Positions 19,512 to 29,625 of a DNA stretch of 64,000 bases are shown one piece after another (positions within the stretch are counted from its first letter, which is position 1; the number at the start of each line of letters is the position of its first letter). The position numbers and the translations under genes were made by a program. Under the pieces are notes generated by a model, which was given only the letters and a program-made list of their open reading frames with translations, ran no database searches and had not been told where the DNA came from. The stretch lies in the NCBI GenBank assembly GCA_963669175.1, contig OY769902.1:3200001-3264000 (forward strand). Direction: 5' to 3'. The DNA comes from a bacterium. Lineage in GTDB: Bacteria > Electryoneota > Electryoneia > Electryoneales > Electryoneaceae.

Positions 19512-20927
19512 ATGCTTAACAACCAGAGAACCATAGAGAGAGAGGTTACCCTCGAGGGGATCGGTATACACACCGGTGTGAAAGTGCAAATGGTATTCAA
19601 GCCAGCCGCAGCCAACACCGGTCTTATTTTTGAACGGGTGGATATCGAAGGAAAACCACGCATCAAGGCGGATATTGATCACGTGGTTGATATTTCACGT
19701 GGTACTATCCTGGCTGATGGTGAAGTGCGTGTCTATACTGTCGAACATGTGCTTTCTGCGCTGGCAGGGCTTTGTATAGATAACTGTATCGTAGAGCTGG
19801 ACAATATTGAACCGCCGGTGATTGATGGCAGCGCAAAGGCGTTTGTTGATGCCCTTCTTGAAGCTGGCATCAAGGAACAGGACAGCCCACGCGAGTACCT
19901 CGAAATACAGAAAACGCTGATCTACCATGAAGAAGAAAAGGGAATTGACCTGGTCGTCATTCCCTCGGATGAATTCCGAATTACCTACATGGTAGACTAC
20001 AAAAATCCTGCTTTGGGCACTCAGTACACGTCGATGTACAGCCTGGAAGAGGAGTACGTTGGCGAATTTGCACCGGCACGCACCTTTGCTTTCCTCAGCG
20101 AAGTGGAGCAGTTGAAGGAAGCCGGGCTGATCAAGGGCGGATGCCTCGGGAATGCGGTTGTTATCGTTGATCGCCAGTTGGAAACGTCCGAGTTCGAACG
20201 GTTGCGTAATCTTTTCGGCATCAAGGATAAGGCCAAACTGGGCAAAACCGGTATCCTGGATGATATACCGCTCCGTTTCTATAACGAGCCGGTCCGTCAC
20301 AAAGTGGTGGATCTGATTGGTGATTTTGCTTTGTTGGGTATGCCGATCAAGGGGCATGTACTGGCCGCTCGCGCAGGGCATGCTGCGCATGTGGAAATTG
20401 TCCGCAAAATGCGGAAGATTTACAATACTCAGAAGCTGACGCGCAAGTACCAGCGCAAAGAAAGCAGCAGTTACGTTTTTGATATTACGGCAATTGAACG
20501 TATCATGCCGCACAGGTATCCGTTCCTGCTGGTGGATCGGATTCTTGAGCTGTCACCGGGTGAATGGGTGACCGGCATAAAAAATGTGACCATTAATGAA
20601 CCGTTTTTCCAGGGACATTTTCCTGGCTTTCCCATTATGCCGGGTGTGCTGATTATTGAGGCGATGGGGCAGGTGGGTGGTGTTCTGTTGCTGAATTCGA
20701 TTGAAGAACCGGAGAAGCATTTGTTGTTCTTCACCGGTCTGGAAAATGTGAAGTGGCGTAAACAGGTAGTACCCGGCGATACCCTTTTCATCCGGGTTGA
20801 GTTGATTTACTTCCGCCGCGGCATTTGCAAGATGAAGGGTACGGCATATGTCGGTGATGAGATGGCGGCGCAGGCAGAGATGCAGGCAGTGATTACCGAG
20901 AGGCAATCGCATGACGAAAATTCATGA
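19512..20927 (+). CDS. lpxC/fabZ: bifunctional LpxC deacetylase / FabZ dehydratase
   Basis: LpxC motifs TVEHVLSAL and HKVVDLIGD, followed by FabZ motifs PHRYPFLLVD and FFQGHFP...MPGVLIIEAMGQ. Confidence 0.96.
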   Translation: MLNNQRTIEREVTLEGIGIHTGVKVQMVFKPAAANTGLIFERVDIEGKPRIKADIDHVVDISRGTILADGEVRVYTVEHVLSALAGLCIDNCIVELDNIEPPVIDGSAKAFVDALLEAGIKEQDSPREYLEIQKTLIYHEEEKGIDLVVIPSDEFRITYMVDYKNPALGTQYTSMYSLEEEYVGEFAPARTFAFLSEVEQLKEAGLIKGGCLGNAVVIVDRQLETSEFERLRNLFGIKDKAKLGKTGILDDIPLRFYNEPVRHKVVDLIGDFALLGMPIKGHVLAARAGHAAHVEIVRKMRKIYNTQKLTRKYQRKESSSYVFDITAIERIMPHRYPFLLVDRILELSPGEWVTGIKNVTINEPFFQGHFPGFPIMPGVLIIEAMGQVGGVLLLNSIEEPEKHLLFFTGLENVKWRKQVVPGDTLFIRVELIYFRRGICKMKGTAYVGDEMAAQAEMQAVITERQSHDENS

Positions 20928-21687
20928 GTTGGCTTGTGTTGCTGAAGGGGCTGAACTTGGCGAAAATGTTGAAGTTGGTCCCTTTGCTGTTGTAGAGTCC
21001 GGTGCGGTCATTGGGGATGGATGCAAGATTGGACCGCATGTTTATATCACGCAATGGGTGCGTTTGGCAGAGAATGTAGTCGTGACAAAAGGCGCTTCAC
21101 TGGGTACTGAACCGCAGGATCTCAAGTTCGAAGGTGAAGCAACCACCCTGGAAGTTGGCGCGCGTACTGTCATCCGTGAATTCGCGACACTGAACCGTGG
21201 AACAAAAGCTTCAAAACGTACAGTCGTTGGCGAAGATTGTCTTCTGATGGCCTATTCCCATGTGGCGCATGATTGTCATTTAGGCGACAATGTCATTCTC
21301 GCGAATGCTGTCAATATGGGTGGGCATGTTCATATTGACGACTGGGCAATAATCGGTGGGATGGTTCCTATTCACCAGTTCGTTCGTATTGGCAAGCATG
21401 TAATGATTGGCGGGGGAACGCAGGTTCCTTATGATATTCCGCCATTTGTACGTGTTGCCGGGCACCGCGCCGAATACCATGGGATCAATTCGATTGGGCT
21501 GCGCAGACGTGGGTTCACGGATGAAGCGATTAACACGATCAAGCGAGCGTATCGGTCCATGTACCGGAGTAGTATGAATATTCCGCAAGCTCTGGAAGCG
21601 ATTAAAAAGGATATCGATTTAATTCCGGAAGTACAGGAAATCCTTGAGTTTGTTGAATCACGGCAGGACCGGGGAATCATGAAATGA
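20911..21687 (+). CDS. lpxA: UDP-N-acetylglucosamine O-acyltransferase
   Basis: PQDLKF, MAYSHVAHDC, IHQFVRIG, GINSIGLRRRGF. Confidence 0.96.
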   Translation: MTKIHELACVAEGAELGENVEVGPFAVVESGAVIGDGCKIGPHVYITQWVRLAENVVVTKGASLGTEPQDLKFEGEATTLEVGARTVIREFATLNRGTKASKRTVVGEDCLLMAYSHVAHDCHLGDNVILANAVNMGGHVHIDDWAIIGGMVPIHQFVRIGKHVMIGGGTQVPYDIPPFVRVAGHRAEYHGINSIGLRRRGFTDEAINTIKRAYRSMYRSSMNIPQALEAIKKDIDLIPEVQEILEFVESRQDRGIMK

Positions 21688-22448
21688 GCAATGGCTGGAT
21701 CATTTGCGGTCCGGACGTACCCGGAAAACAGCAAATGGCCATTGATCGGCAAATGCTGGAGAAAACCGAGTCGGACCATTTAACCAGGATCCGGCTTTAT
21801 CATTTCGTGCCGCCAACCATTTCCCTTGGTTTTCATCAGAAGGTGGATGATATTGACACGGATGCTGCCAGGGAAGCGGGGTTTGACATTGAACCACGGC
21901 CGACCGGAGGACGCGCAGTTCTGCACAAGGGTGACCTGGTTTACAGCATCTCCATCGCTGCGAAGGGAGTTGATGCGGGAAGTCCACTGCATATCGGTGT
22001 GTATAATCGTGTCAGTAATGCGTTGATCCGTGGCTTTCGGTCAATCGGGATTCCTGCCGAGACTGCCGAAGAGAAAGCATTAGGGAAACTCGCAGGGGAT
22101 TTACCGAAGCTGTGTTTTTCCAGCGCCACAAAGCATGAAGTGCAGATTGACGGCAGAAAGGTTGTTGGAAGCGCTCAGCGACGCGGGAAAAACGCAGTGT
22201 TGCAGCATGGATCAATCCTGGTGACCGACGAGCATCTTGAGCTGGTCAATGTGCTTTCGGGACTGGACGATGCGGCTCGGGTACGGATCAGCGACACGAT
22301 GCGTAAACGGACCATATCGCTGACCTCGGCCGGCTTGACCTGTTCTGTCGGAGAGTTGCGAGACGTCCTGTGCCGGAGCTTTATTTCAGAGTTCAATGTT
22401 CCTGAACATAAACGTGATAGTTTGAATGTTGATATTCAGGTTTCGTAA
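21684..22448 (+). CDS. LplA/LipM family lipoate ligase or octanoyltransferase
   Basis: RPTGGRAVLH, LCF, GRKVVGSAQRR, LQHGSI. Confidence 0.88.
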   Translation: MSNGWIICGPDVPGKQQMAIDRQMLEKTESDHLTRIRLYHFVPPTISLGFHQKVDDIDTDAAREAGFDIEPRPTGGRAVLHKGDLVYSISIAAKGVDAGSPLHIGVYNRVSNALIRGFRSIGIPAETAEEKALGKLAGDLPKLCFSSATKHEVQIDGRKVVGSAQRRGKNAVLQHGSILVTDEHLELVNVLSGLDDAARVRISDTMRKRTISLTSAGLTCSVGELRDVLCRSFISEFNVPEHKRDSLNVDIQVS

Positions 22449-22471
22449 CCACCAACATTGAGGGAGACGGG

Positions 22472-23182
22472 ATGAAGATAGTTGCTAAAAGTGTTGCTGT
22501 ATTGATGATCATGCTGGCCGCTTCAGGAGCGTATGCTGGATTTGGGATTCATGTCGGTTGGGATATGGCCAAGATTGATGGCGCCACCCAATCTTTCCGG
22601 TTCAGCAATGATGATGTTACAACCACGACCAATTCCAGCCTGTTGCGTGATGCATCCAGCAATCCCATGTGTATCGGGATTGACCTGACCTTCAACATGC
22701 TTCCCCTGGTAGATCTCCAGGCCAGTCTTGAAACCGCTTTTGCCGGGTATAACATTCGTTTTATCCCGGGGCAGGTTGCAGGACAGACACAGGGTGATAT
22801 CGTTGACCAGGATGTGATGTACCTGCGTGTTGGCGGTGATGTCAGCGCATTCATCTCACCGTTGGGATTCCCACCGGTTGCCAGTATTGCCAAGGTCTTC
22901 ATCGGTGGTGGACTCAGCGTACATCTTTTCCAGCCGGCTATTGGCAGAGAGATGCTGCAGGACAATATCGAAAGCGCCGATGAGTCCGACATTGACCCGA
23001 AAGATTACATCAATCTTGATCCCAAGTTTGGATTTCACATCATTACCGGCGTGAAGATTAAACCACCGGTATTCCCGATTGGCTTCAGGGTAACTGCCAA
23101 GTATTACATCTTCACATCGCAGGAACCGGAAACGCCACAGAATTTCCTGAACATTCAGGCGGGGATCTATTTTGGTGGTTGA
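22472..23182 (+). CDS. small outer-membrane beta-barrel protein
   Basis: signal peptide (AYA), amphipathic beta strands, C-terminal IQAGIYFGG. Confidence 0.72.
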   Translation: MKIVAKSVAVLMIMLAASGAYAGFGIHVGWDMAKIDGATQSFRFSNDDVTTTTNSSLLRDASSNPMCIGIDLTFNMLPLVDLQASLETAFAGYNIRFIPGQVAGQTQGDIVDQDVMYLRVGGDVSAFISPLGFPPVASIAKVFIGGGLSVHLFQPAIGREMLQDNIESADESDIDPKDYINLDPKFGFHIITGVKIKPPVFPIGFRVTAKYYIFTSQEPETPQNFLNIQAGIYFGG

Positions 23183-23211
23183 TCCCGGTTGAAGAGTTTT
23201 CGAGAGCAAGT

Positions 23212-23262
23212 CGCGGCAGGGGACAGTCAGGAACTGAACTGTCCCCGCCGCGTATCATTTTT
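23212..23262 (+). terminator. probable intrinsic terminator
   Basis: CGCGGC-A-GGGGACAGT...ACTGTCCCC-GCCGCG stem, then TATCATTTTT. Confidence 0.6.
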
Positions 23263-23356
23263 GCAGGTACGGTATTCTAATCGACAGTTCAGGAGGTTAC
23301 TATTCTGAACAGTACGGTTTACGAAGTTTGAAACGGAATAGTACGGATTAAGACCA

Positions 23357-24460
23357 ATGTTAGAGTCACTGCAGGCAGGCTTGTCAGGATTCCTTCCCAG
23401 TATCATCGGCTTTATCGCCGTGGTTGGGGTGGTTGTATTCGTCCACGAATTGGGCCATTTCCTAGCAGCACGGCTGATGGGAGTGCGTGTTGATGTATTC
23501 TCTATCGGGATGCCGCCCAAGATGTGGAGCTTCAAACGTGGCGATACAGAATACAAGCTGGGATGGGTGCCTATTGGCGGGTATGTGAAAATTGCCGGTA
23601 TGATTGACGAATCCATGGATGAGGAAACGATAACCGGCGGCGATGATGAATTCATGTCGAAAGGATATTTCGCGAAGGCGTTTATCCTTACGGCAGGCGT
23701 TATCATGAACATCCTGCTGGGAATAGGTATCTATTCTTTCATCGTACTCTATGAAGGCAAAGCCGTTGTCAATGAGGAACCGGTCATTGGCGGTATTATG
23801 GAAGAGTATCCGGCCGCACGTGCCGGATTGCAGGAAAACGACCGAATTATCAACATTGATGGCGAACTGATCAGATCATGGGAAGATATCACCCAGGCTG
23901 TCCATCCCCGTCCGCATGATTCGCTGAGTGTTACCTGGGTACGTGGCGCTGATACCCTTTCTGCCATCATGTTTACCGAAGCGGCACAGCAGCCTTCGGC
24001 CGATGGCGTTCGTGAAGTCGGGTTGATCGGTATTGGTCCGCAGGTTGAGATGCAGTCTGTTGGCCCGTTTACTGCGCTTGCCGAGGGGACAAAGCTTACA
24101 GTACGCTATCTTGGATTAAGCCTCGAGAGCATTTCACGATTGATAACCGGCAAGGCTTCGGTGAAGGAGTTTACCGGCATCGTTGGCATTGTGCATATGT
24201 CCGGTGAAACAGTGCGTGCCGGATGGGTAACATTTATCAGTTTTATCGGCTTTATTTCAATTGCGATAGGATTCTTCAACATTCTGCCTGTGCCCATGCT
24301 GGATGGCGGGCACCTGGTGGTGGCAACGATTGAGGCCGTGATTAAACGCTCAATCTCAAACCGTGTCAAATTGATAGTTCAGCAGATAGGTCTCGCTTTG
24401 ATCATCATTCTAACGATAGTAGTCGCATACTATGATGTCTTACGCATTGTCACAAACTAG
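23357..24460 (+). CDS. rseP: RIP metalloprotease RseP
   Basis: HELGH, PIGGYVKIAG, single PDZ domain, NILPVPMLDGG. Confidence 0.94.
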   Translation: MLESLQAGLSGFLPSIIGFIAVVGVVVFVHELGHFLAARLMGVRVDVFSIGMPPKMWSFKRGDTEYKLGWVPIGGYVKIAGMIDESMDEETITGGDDEFMSKGYFAKAFILTAGVIMNILLGIGIYSFIVLYEGKAVVNEEPVIGGIMEEYPAARAGLQENDRIINIDGELIRSWEDITQAVHPRPHDSLSVTWVRGADTLSAIMFTEAAQQPSADGVREVGLIGIGPQVEMQSVGPFTALAEGTKLTVRYLGLSLESISRLITGKASVKEFTGIVGIVHMSGETVRAGWVTFISFIGFISIAIGFFNILPVPMLDGGHLVVATIEAVIKRSISNRVKLIVQQIGLALIIILTIVVAYYDVLRIVTN

Positions 24461-25868
24461 ACATGTTCGGGTAGTCCTGGCCGGACTACTGATGATTGTA
24501 CTTGTCCTGGGGATTGGGTGCGCCGGATCAGCCGGCGGACGCCATGACAGGCCTCTGGCAGAAGAAAAGGCTACACAGGATAAAGAAAAAAAAGAACTTA
24601 GCCAGGAAGTTATCAACTATGTGGTCGCTGCGTCAGTCGCAGAATCACAGGGTGACTATTTTAACGCTGCCAAGTACTATTCCAAAGCACTGGCCAAGGA
24701 TAGTTCACAGGTTACGATATACATCGGCCTGGCGGAAAGCTTCAAAAACCTTGGTGGCTATGACAATGCGCTGAAAACTCTGGTCAGCGCCAGGGAAATT
24801 GCCCCGGATAATACTGAAATCCTGCAGATGCTGGGCGAAATCCAGTTTGACCTTGGCAGGTATACAGAAGCGTTTAATACCTTCAAAGAGCTGACACAAA
24901 TTGAGCCGGACAACGCCGATGCCTGGTACACACTGGCTTCGTTGTATGTTCGTCGCGGCAACACCACTGCGGCTGTTGATTGTTATGATAAAGTGATGGA
25001 GCTTGAAGGGTTGAACATGGATCTCCTGGTGCGTCAGGCGACCATCCTCAGCATGATGAACAAGTATGATCGTGCCATTGAAACCTATAAGAAAATGAGC
25101 GAACTGGAACCCAATGATGATCTGATCCCGTTTGCCATTGCCGGTCTGTACCTGGATACCGGCGACACGACCCGTGCTGATTCGGCATTGGCTGTTGCTG
25201 CTGAATTGGAACCTGATTCAAGTAAATACTGGATCTGGCGCATTCAATTGAATTACATGCATGGGGATACGGCGAAGACGGATTCCCTGATCAAAGCAAG
25301 CGAACTGGTTATTCCTGAAAATTCAGATCTGCTTGGCTATAGCGCTTTGCTATACATGGATATGGAACGATACGATGAAGCCGAAAGCTATCTGTATCGT
25401 ATGGCAGAGCTGGATAGCACAAATGCGGAGCCCTGGATAAACCTTGGGCACATGTATCACGAACTCGGGCGCTGGGAGGATGGTGCGGCGGCGTATAAAC
25501 ATGGGCTTGAACTGGCTCCGGAAAACGCGCTGTTGAACAACAACTATGCCTATCTTCTTGCCGTATGGGGACGTGATTATGAAATTGCGCTTGACCATGT
25601 AAACATCGCTCTGGATATAGAGCCGGAGAATTCTTCCTATCTTGATACCAAGGGGTGGCTGTTATTCAAGATGGGTAGGCCGGAGCAGGCTATAGGCTAC
25701 CTGGAACAATCGTATGAGCGTTCCGGGGAAAACGCAGAAATCCTTGAACATCTGGGCGATGTTTACGCTGAATTGGGTGATCAGGAAAAAGCACGCGACA
25801 TGTGGCGGAAAGCATTGGAATATGGGGGTGATGAAGCTGTTCTTTCCGAAAAGTTGGGGGAGGAGTAA
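24432..25868 (+). CDS. TPR-repeat lipoprotein
   Basis: lipobox LGIGC, many TPRs, NNYAY and YLDTKGWLLF motifs. Confidence 0.85.
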   Translation: MMSYALSQTRHVRVVLAGLLMIVLVLGIGCAGSAGGRHDRPLAEEKATQDKEKKELSQEVINYVVAASVAESQGDYFNAAKYYSKALAKDSSQVTIYIGLAESFKNLGGYDNALKTLVSAREIAPDNTEILQMLGEIQFDLGRYTEAFNTFKELTQIEPDNADAWYTLASLYVRRGNTTAAVDCYDKVMELEGLNMDLLVRQATILSMMNKYDRAIETYKKMSELEPNDDLIPFAIAGLYLDTGDTTRADSALAVAAELEPDSSKYWIWRIQLNYMHGDTAKTDSLIKASELVIPENSDLLGYSALLYMDMERYDEAESYLYRMAELDSTNAEPWINLGHMYHELGRWEDGAAAYKHGLELAPENALLNNNYAYLLAVWGRDYEIALDHVNIALDIEPENSSYLDTKGWLLFKMGRPEQAIGYLEQSYERSGENAEILEHLGDVYAELGDQEKARDMWRKALEYGGDEAVLSEKLGEE

Positions 25869-26652
25869 ACCCAATACACGCGGCCGTTCCCGCCTGATAA
25901 CGGCCACAATGGTAATTCTGACCGTGTTTGGAATGGGATGTACTTCCAGGACGGTTAAGGACATGCCTGTGCCGCCGCCTTCCGTATCTGAAGCCAGGTT
26001 CATGATCCAGGCTCACTACAAGCAGGTTGAACGCTACGAGTCAAGATTCTCGATTTCCTTCCAGGCTGGCGTTTTTGGTGGAGGACTGTTCGGCTCCTGC
26101 TATCTTGAATCGCCGGACAAGCTTTCCATAGACCTGAACGGGCCGTTCAATATGGCTGCGGGTTCGCTAGTCCTGAACGAAGGGGAATTCGAGATCCTTG
26201 TCGGGAGCGGTGAAATATATTCCGGAAATCTGGATACGCTGGATCTGGAAAAGCTCACCGGGATTCCACTACCCACCGAAGACCCCTTTGTAATCTTCAG
26301 TCCGGTTGCTATACCCGGTGATAACGATTCGAAGGTCTTAAATTTTAATGTATTGGGTAGTGATTCCTTGTGGGTGTTGGATGTTTTTGACGATATGCAA
26401 TTGCACCAATATGTGATTCAACCAAGACAGCGTCGTGTGGTCAGGGAATCCTGGTCCACTCCCGGCGGTGTCTTGCTTTTGGAAAAGAAATATCATGATT
26501 TTACAGTTGAAGATGGTGTATATATTCCAAAGAGCATTACACTCCAGTCGCCCGGGATAATTCCCATGGAGGTGGAGATCAAGGTTGAGAGCTGTAAAGT
26601 GAATCCCACATGGCGGGATAACCCGTTCACGTTTAAGAGACCAAATTCATGA
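25831..26652 (+). CDS. lipoprotein, DUF4292/LolB-like (start uncertain)
   Basis: lipobox-like FGMGC, beta-rich body, YHDF..EDG.YIPKSI; follows the TPR protein; ORF track start 25714. Confidence 0.55.
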   Translation: MKLFFPKSWGRSKPNTRGRSRLITATMVILTVFGMGCTSRTVKDMPVPPPSVSEARFMIQAHYKQVERYESRFSISFQAGVFGGGLFGSCYLESPDKLSIDLNGPFNMAAGSLVLNEGEFEILVGSGEIYSGNLDTLDLEKLTGIPLPTEDPFVIFSPVAIPGDNDSKVLNFNVLGSDSLWVLDVFDDMQLHQYVIQPRQRRVVRESWSTPGGVLLLEKKYHDFTVEDGVYIPKSITLQSPGIIPMEVEIKVESCKVNPTWRDNPFTFKRPNS

Positions 26653-27593
26653 ACCCGGTCCTGACTTTAGTCATTCCTTTGTACAACGAGGAAGAGGCGT
26701 TACCGCATCTCAAGGAAGCCCTTGATAAGGTTCTTGAGCGGGAGAAGATTCCGACTCAGATTCTATTCGTCAACGACGGCAGTCGTGATGGTAGCGCAGA
26801 CATCATCGACAAGATGGCCCGGGAAGATGAACGGGTAGAAGTGCATCATTTCAAGCGAAATCGTGGTAAATCGGATGCGCTCGATACCGGATTCCGGCTT
26901 GCGCGAGGCAAATATATCATCACCATGGATGCGGACCTTCAGGATGATCCGGAAGAGATTCCCCGCCTGATTGCCAAGATTGAAGAAGGTTATGACATGA
27001 TCAGCGGGTGGAAAGAGAAGCGCCATGATCCGTTGGATAAGACATTTCCTTCGAAGGTTTTCAACTTCATGGCACGTGTGACCAGCGGTGTCAAGCTGCA
27101 TGATTTCAACTGTGGTTTGAAGATATATCGACGTGAAGTCGTGGGAAGCATCCGCGTTTATGGTGAGCTTCATCGTTTCATCCCGATTCTGGCCCATGCC
27201 CAGGGCTGGCGAGTCGGAGAACTGTCTGTCACACATCATCCGCGCAAGTGGGGGGTGACAAAGTACGGCTTCACACGCTTTATCAAGGGGCTGTTTGATC
27301 TATTATCTGTGACATTCTTGACACGTTTCACTTTCAGCCCGATGTACCTGTTCGGCAGCATCGGTATGGTGTGTCTCGCACTTGGATTCGTTATTCTGGC
27401 ATACCTTACAGTTGGCTGGTTTATGGGGATATGGATTGGCAACCGCCCCTTGTTCTCGTTGGGAATTCTGCTGGTGATTGTCGGAATGCAATTCTTCTCC
27501 CTTGGCCTGATCAGTGAGTTGATCAGTCATATGCGTATGAACATGCAGCTACAGATTCAGAGCAAACAGGACAAGGAGCGTGATCTTCAATGA
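26649..27593 (+). CDS. GT2 polyprenol-phosphate glycosyltransferase (ArnC/GtrB-like)
   Basis: IPLYNEE, NDGSRD, MDADLQDDP, HDFNCGLK, two C-terminal TM helices. Confidence 0.9.
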   Translation: MNPVLTLVIPLYNEEEALPHLKEALDKVLEREKIPTQILFVNDGSRDGSADIIDKMAREDERVEVHHFKRNRGKSDALDTGFRLARGKYIITMDADLQDDPEEIPRLIAKIEEGYDMISGWKEKRHDPLDKTFPSKVFNFMARVTSGVKLHDFNCGLKIYRREVVGSIRVYGELHRFIPILAHAQGWRVGELSVTHHPRKWGVTKYGFTRFIKGLFDLLSVTFLTRFTFSPMYLFGSIGMVCLALGFVILAYLTVGWFMGIWIGNRPLFSLGILLVIVGMQFFSLGLISELISHMRMNMQLQIQSKQDKERDLQ

Positions 27594-28714
27594 AAATCGG
27601 TATCGTAGGTCCGTTGCCGCCGTTACGGGGAGGGATCTCGCATTATAATGCCTCCCTCGTGGAAAACCTTCGCGAGAATGGACACATTGTCTATCCTATC
27701 AGCTTTCACCGTCTTTACCCGCCCTTCCTGTTTCCGGGAAGCTCGGAACAGGACCCGGATGCAGAACCGACGCCCCGTTCCAAGGCAATGCTGATTCCCT
27801 GGCATCGTCATACCTGGAAAGATGCGCGCTTACTATTCCAACGTGTTGCGATAGACCGCCTGGTGATGCATTTGTGGCATCCCTTCTTTGTGCCCACACT
27901 CTGGGATATCAGCAGGGTAAAAAGTGTTCGCGGACTGGTGATCATTGCTCACAATGTTCTACCTCATGAACATCAGTGGCTCGGAAAGATGCTGAATCGC
28001 CAGTTGTTCAAGCGTGCCGACCTGGTTGTCGTTGGTGGCTCAAGCGAGCAGGAAGTCTTGTCGGAGATTTCGCCCTATACCCGTTCTGTGTTTGTGCCAC
28101 ATCCGCTTTACGATCGGTACACAACCTATATCAAGGGGATATCCAAACAGGCTGCACGAAAGAAGCTGGATTTATCGCCGGATGTTCCCATTCTGATGCA
28201 CCTTGGCCTGGTAAGGAAATACAAGGGTGTTGACCTGTTGATTGATGCTTTCGGCAAGCTGAATAACGAGAAGGCACAACTGCTGGTTGCTGGTGAATTT
28301 TATGATGATTTCGATAAATACAGGCATCAGGTGAAGAAAAGCAGGGTACGCGAACGTATTACACTGAACAACAAGTATTTATCTGATGAAGATCTGGCTT
28401 TGCATATCCGTGCCGCAGATGCGGTAGTACTACCGTATCGTGATGCCACCCAAAGCGGGATGGCCATGGCGGTGCTGGCATGTGGGACACCCGTGGTCGC
28501 CACTTCTGTAGGCGCATTACCGGATGTTATTGAGCCGGGTGTGCTGGGCGAACTGTCTGCGCCGGGTGATTCGGGCGAATTGACCGCCGCGATTGAACGT
28601 GTCATGAATGATGAACGCTACCAGTCACCGCACCTGACTTCCTCCATCATGCAGATCGTCAAGAGCCGATTCAGTTGGAACCGGTTAACGGACCAGATTA
28701 CCGGGGAACTGTGA
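27590..28714 (+). CDS. GT4 glycosyltransferase
   Basis: RGGISHY, HNVLPHE, GLVRKYKGVD, LPYRDATQSG. Confidence 0.9.
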   Translation: MKIGIVGPLPPLRGGISHYNASLVENLRENGHIVYPISFHRLYPPFLFPGSSEQDPDAEPTPRSKAMLIPWHRHTWKDARLLFQRVAIDRLVMHLWHPFFVPTLWDISRVKSVRGLVIIAHNVLPHEHQWLGKMLNRQLFKRADLVVVGGSSEQEVLSEISPYTRSVFVPHPLYDRYTTYIKGISKQAARKKLDLSPDVPILMHLGLVRKYKGVDLLIDAFGKLNNEKAQLLVAGEFYDDFDKYRHQVKKSRVRERITLNNKYLSDEDLALHIRAADAVVLPYRDATQSGMAMAVLACGTPVVATSVGALPDVIEPGVLGELSAPGDSGELTAAIERVMNDERYQSPHLTSSIMQIVKSRFSWNRLTDQITGEL

Positions 28715-29625
28715 TGAGTCGTCGCACTGCATTTGTAATGGTGAACCATAATGGCGGGAAAGAGACCTGCTGTTCGGCAAAATCTGTGCTGGCTGACCTG
28801 GGTGTTGAAGACCGGCTCGTTCTGGTTGATAACGGTTCAGAAGATGGTTCAGGTCACCGAGTAGCAAAAAAGCTTGAGCGTGTACACTATATAGACAATA
28901 AAGCAAACCTGTCATTTGCAGAAGCGAATAACCGTGGCATCAAGTGGGCGCTGAAAAAAGGTTTTGATTTCATTGGTATCATCAATCCTGATGTCAGGGT
29001 AGAGAAGGGGATGCGGGGAAAGCTTCATCAGCGTTTGGATGAAGTCTGGAAAAACGGTCCCGGGGCAGTGAGTCCGGTGATTTTCTTCGAAGATCCGGTG
29101 GATATGATCTGGTATGCAGGCGGTTATATCATGTGGCCGTTTGCCTGGATCGGGCATACCGGAGTAAAGCGTCCCATGGCAATGGCGCATCGTTTTGATG
29201 GACCAACAGCCTACCTGACCGGTTGTTGCTGGCTGGCGCATGCGGATGCGTGGCGGCTTGCCGGGCCGATGGATACCCGTTACGGCATGTATACCGAAGA
29301 TGTGGACTGGTCGGTACGGGCACGTTCGCAGGGTGTGCAATTGCATGTGGTGTCCAACGCTCACCTGGTACACCGGATATCGCAGAGTTCCGGTGGTGGA
29401 CGCACCGTTTTCAAGATGACCTATAGAAGTCTGACTAACCGTTTGTTTTTCAAGCGGCATACACCTCGTGGTTCAAGATTGATACAACCTGTCCTGAAAT
29501 GGTTTCCGGTTGTAGCTTATGCCGGAATGTTGGCCGCAGGTGGTGAATTTGCCGCGCTGAAAGCGTATCTTCTGGCACAACTGAAACCGATACAAGATCC
29601 AGTTCTATGGCCACCTTCCCCCTGA
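28714..29625 (+). CDS. GT2 glycosyltransferase
   Basis: VDNGSED, FAEANNRG, INPD, TGCC, MYTEDVDW; TGATG coupling with the upstream GT4. Confidence 0.87.
   Translation: MSRRTAFVMVNHNGGKETCCSAKSVLADLGVEDRLVLVDNGSEDGSGHRVAKKLERVHYIDNKANLSFAEANNRGIKWALKKGFDFIGIINPDVRVEKGMRGKLHQRLDEVWKNGPGAVSPVIFFEDPVDMIWYAGGYIMWPFAWIGHTGVKRPMAMAHRFDGPTAYLTGCCWLAHADAWRLAGPMDTRYGMYTEDVDWSVRARSQGVQLHVVSNAHLVHRISQSSGGGRTVFKMTYRSLTNRLFFKRHTPRGSRLIQPVLKWFPVVAYAGMLAAGGEFAALKAYLLAQLKPIQDPVLWPPSP

Noticed and set aside
19512-20927. LpxC-FabZ fusion as a novelty
   Set aside because: Well known in Bacteroidota and related lineages; useful only as a taxonomic hint.
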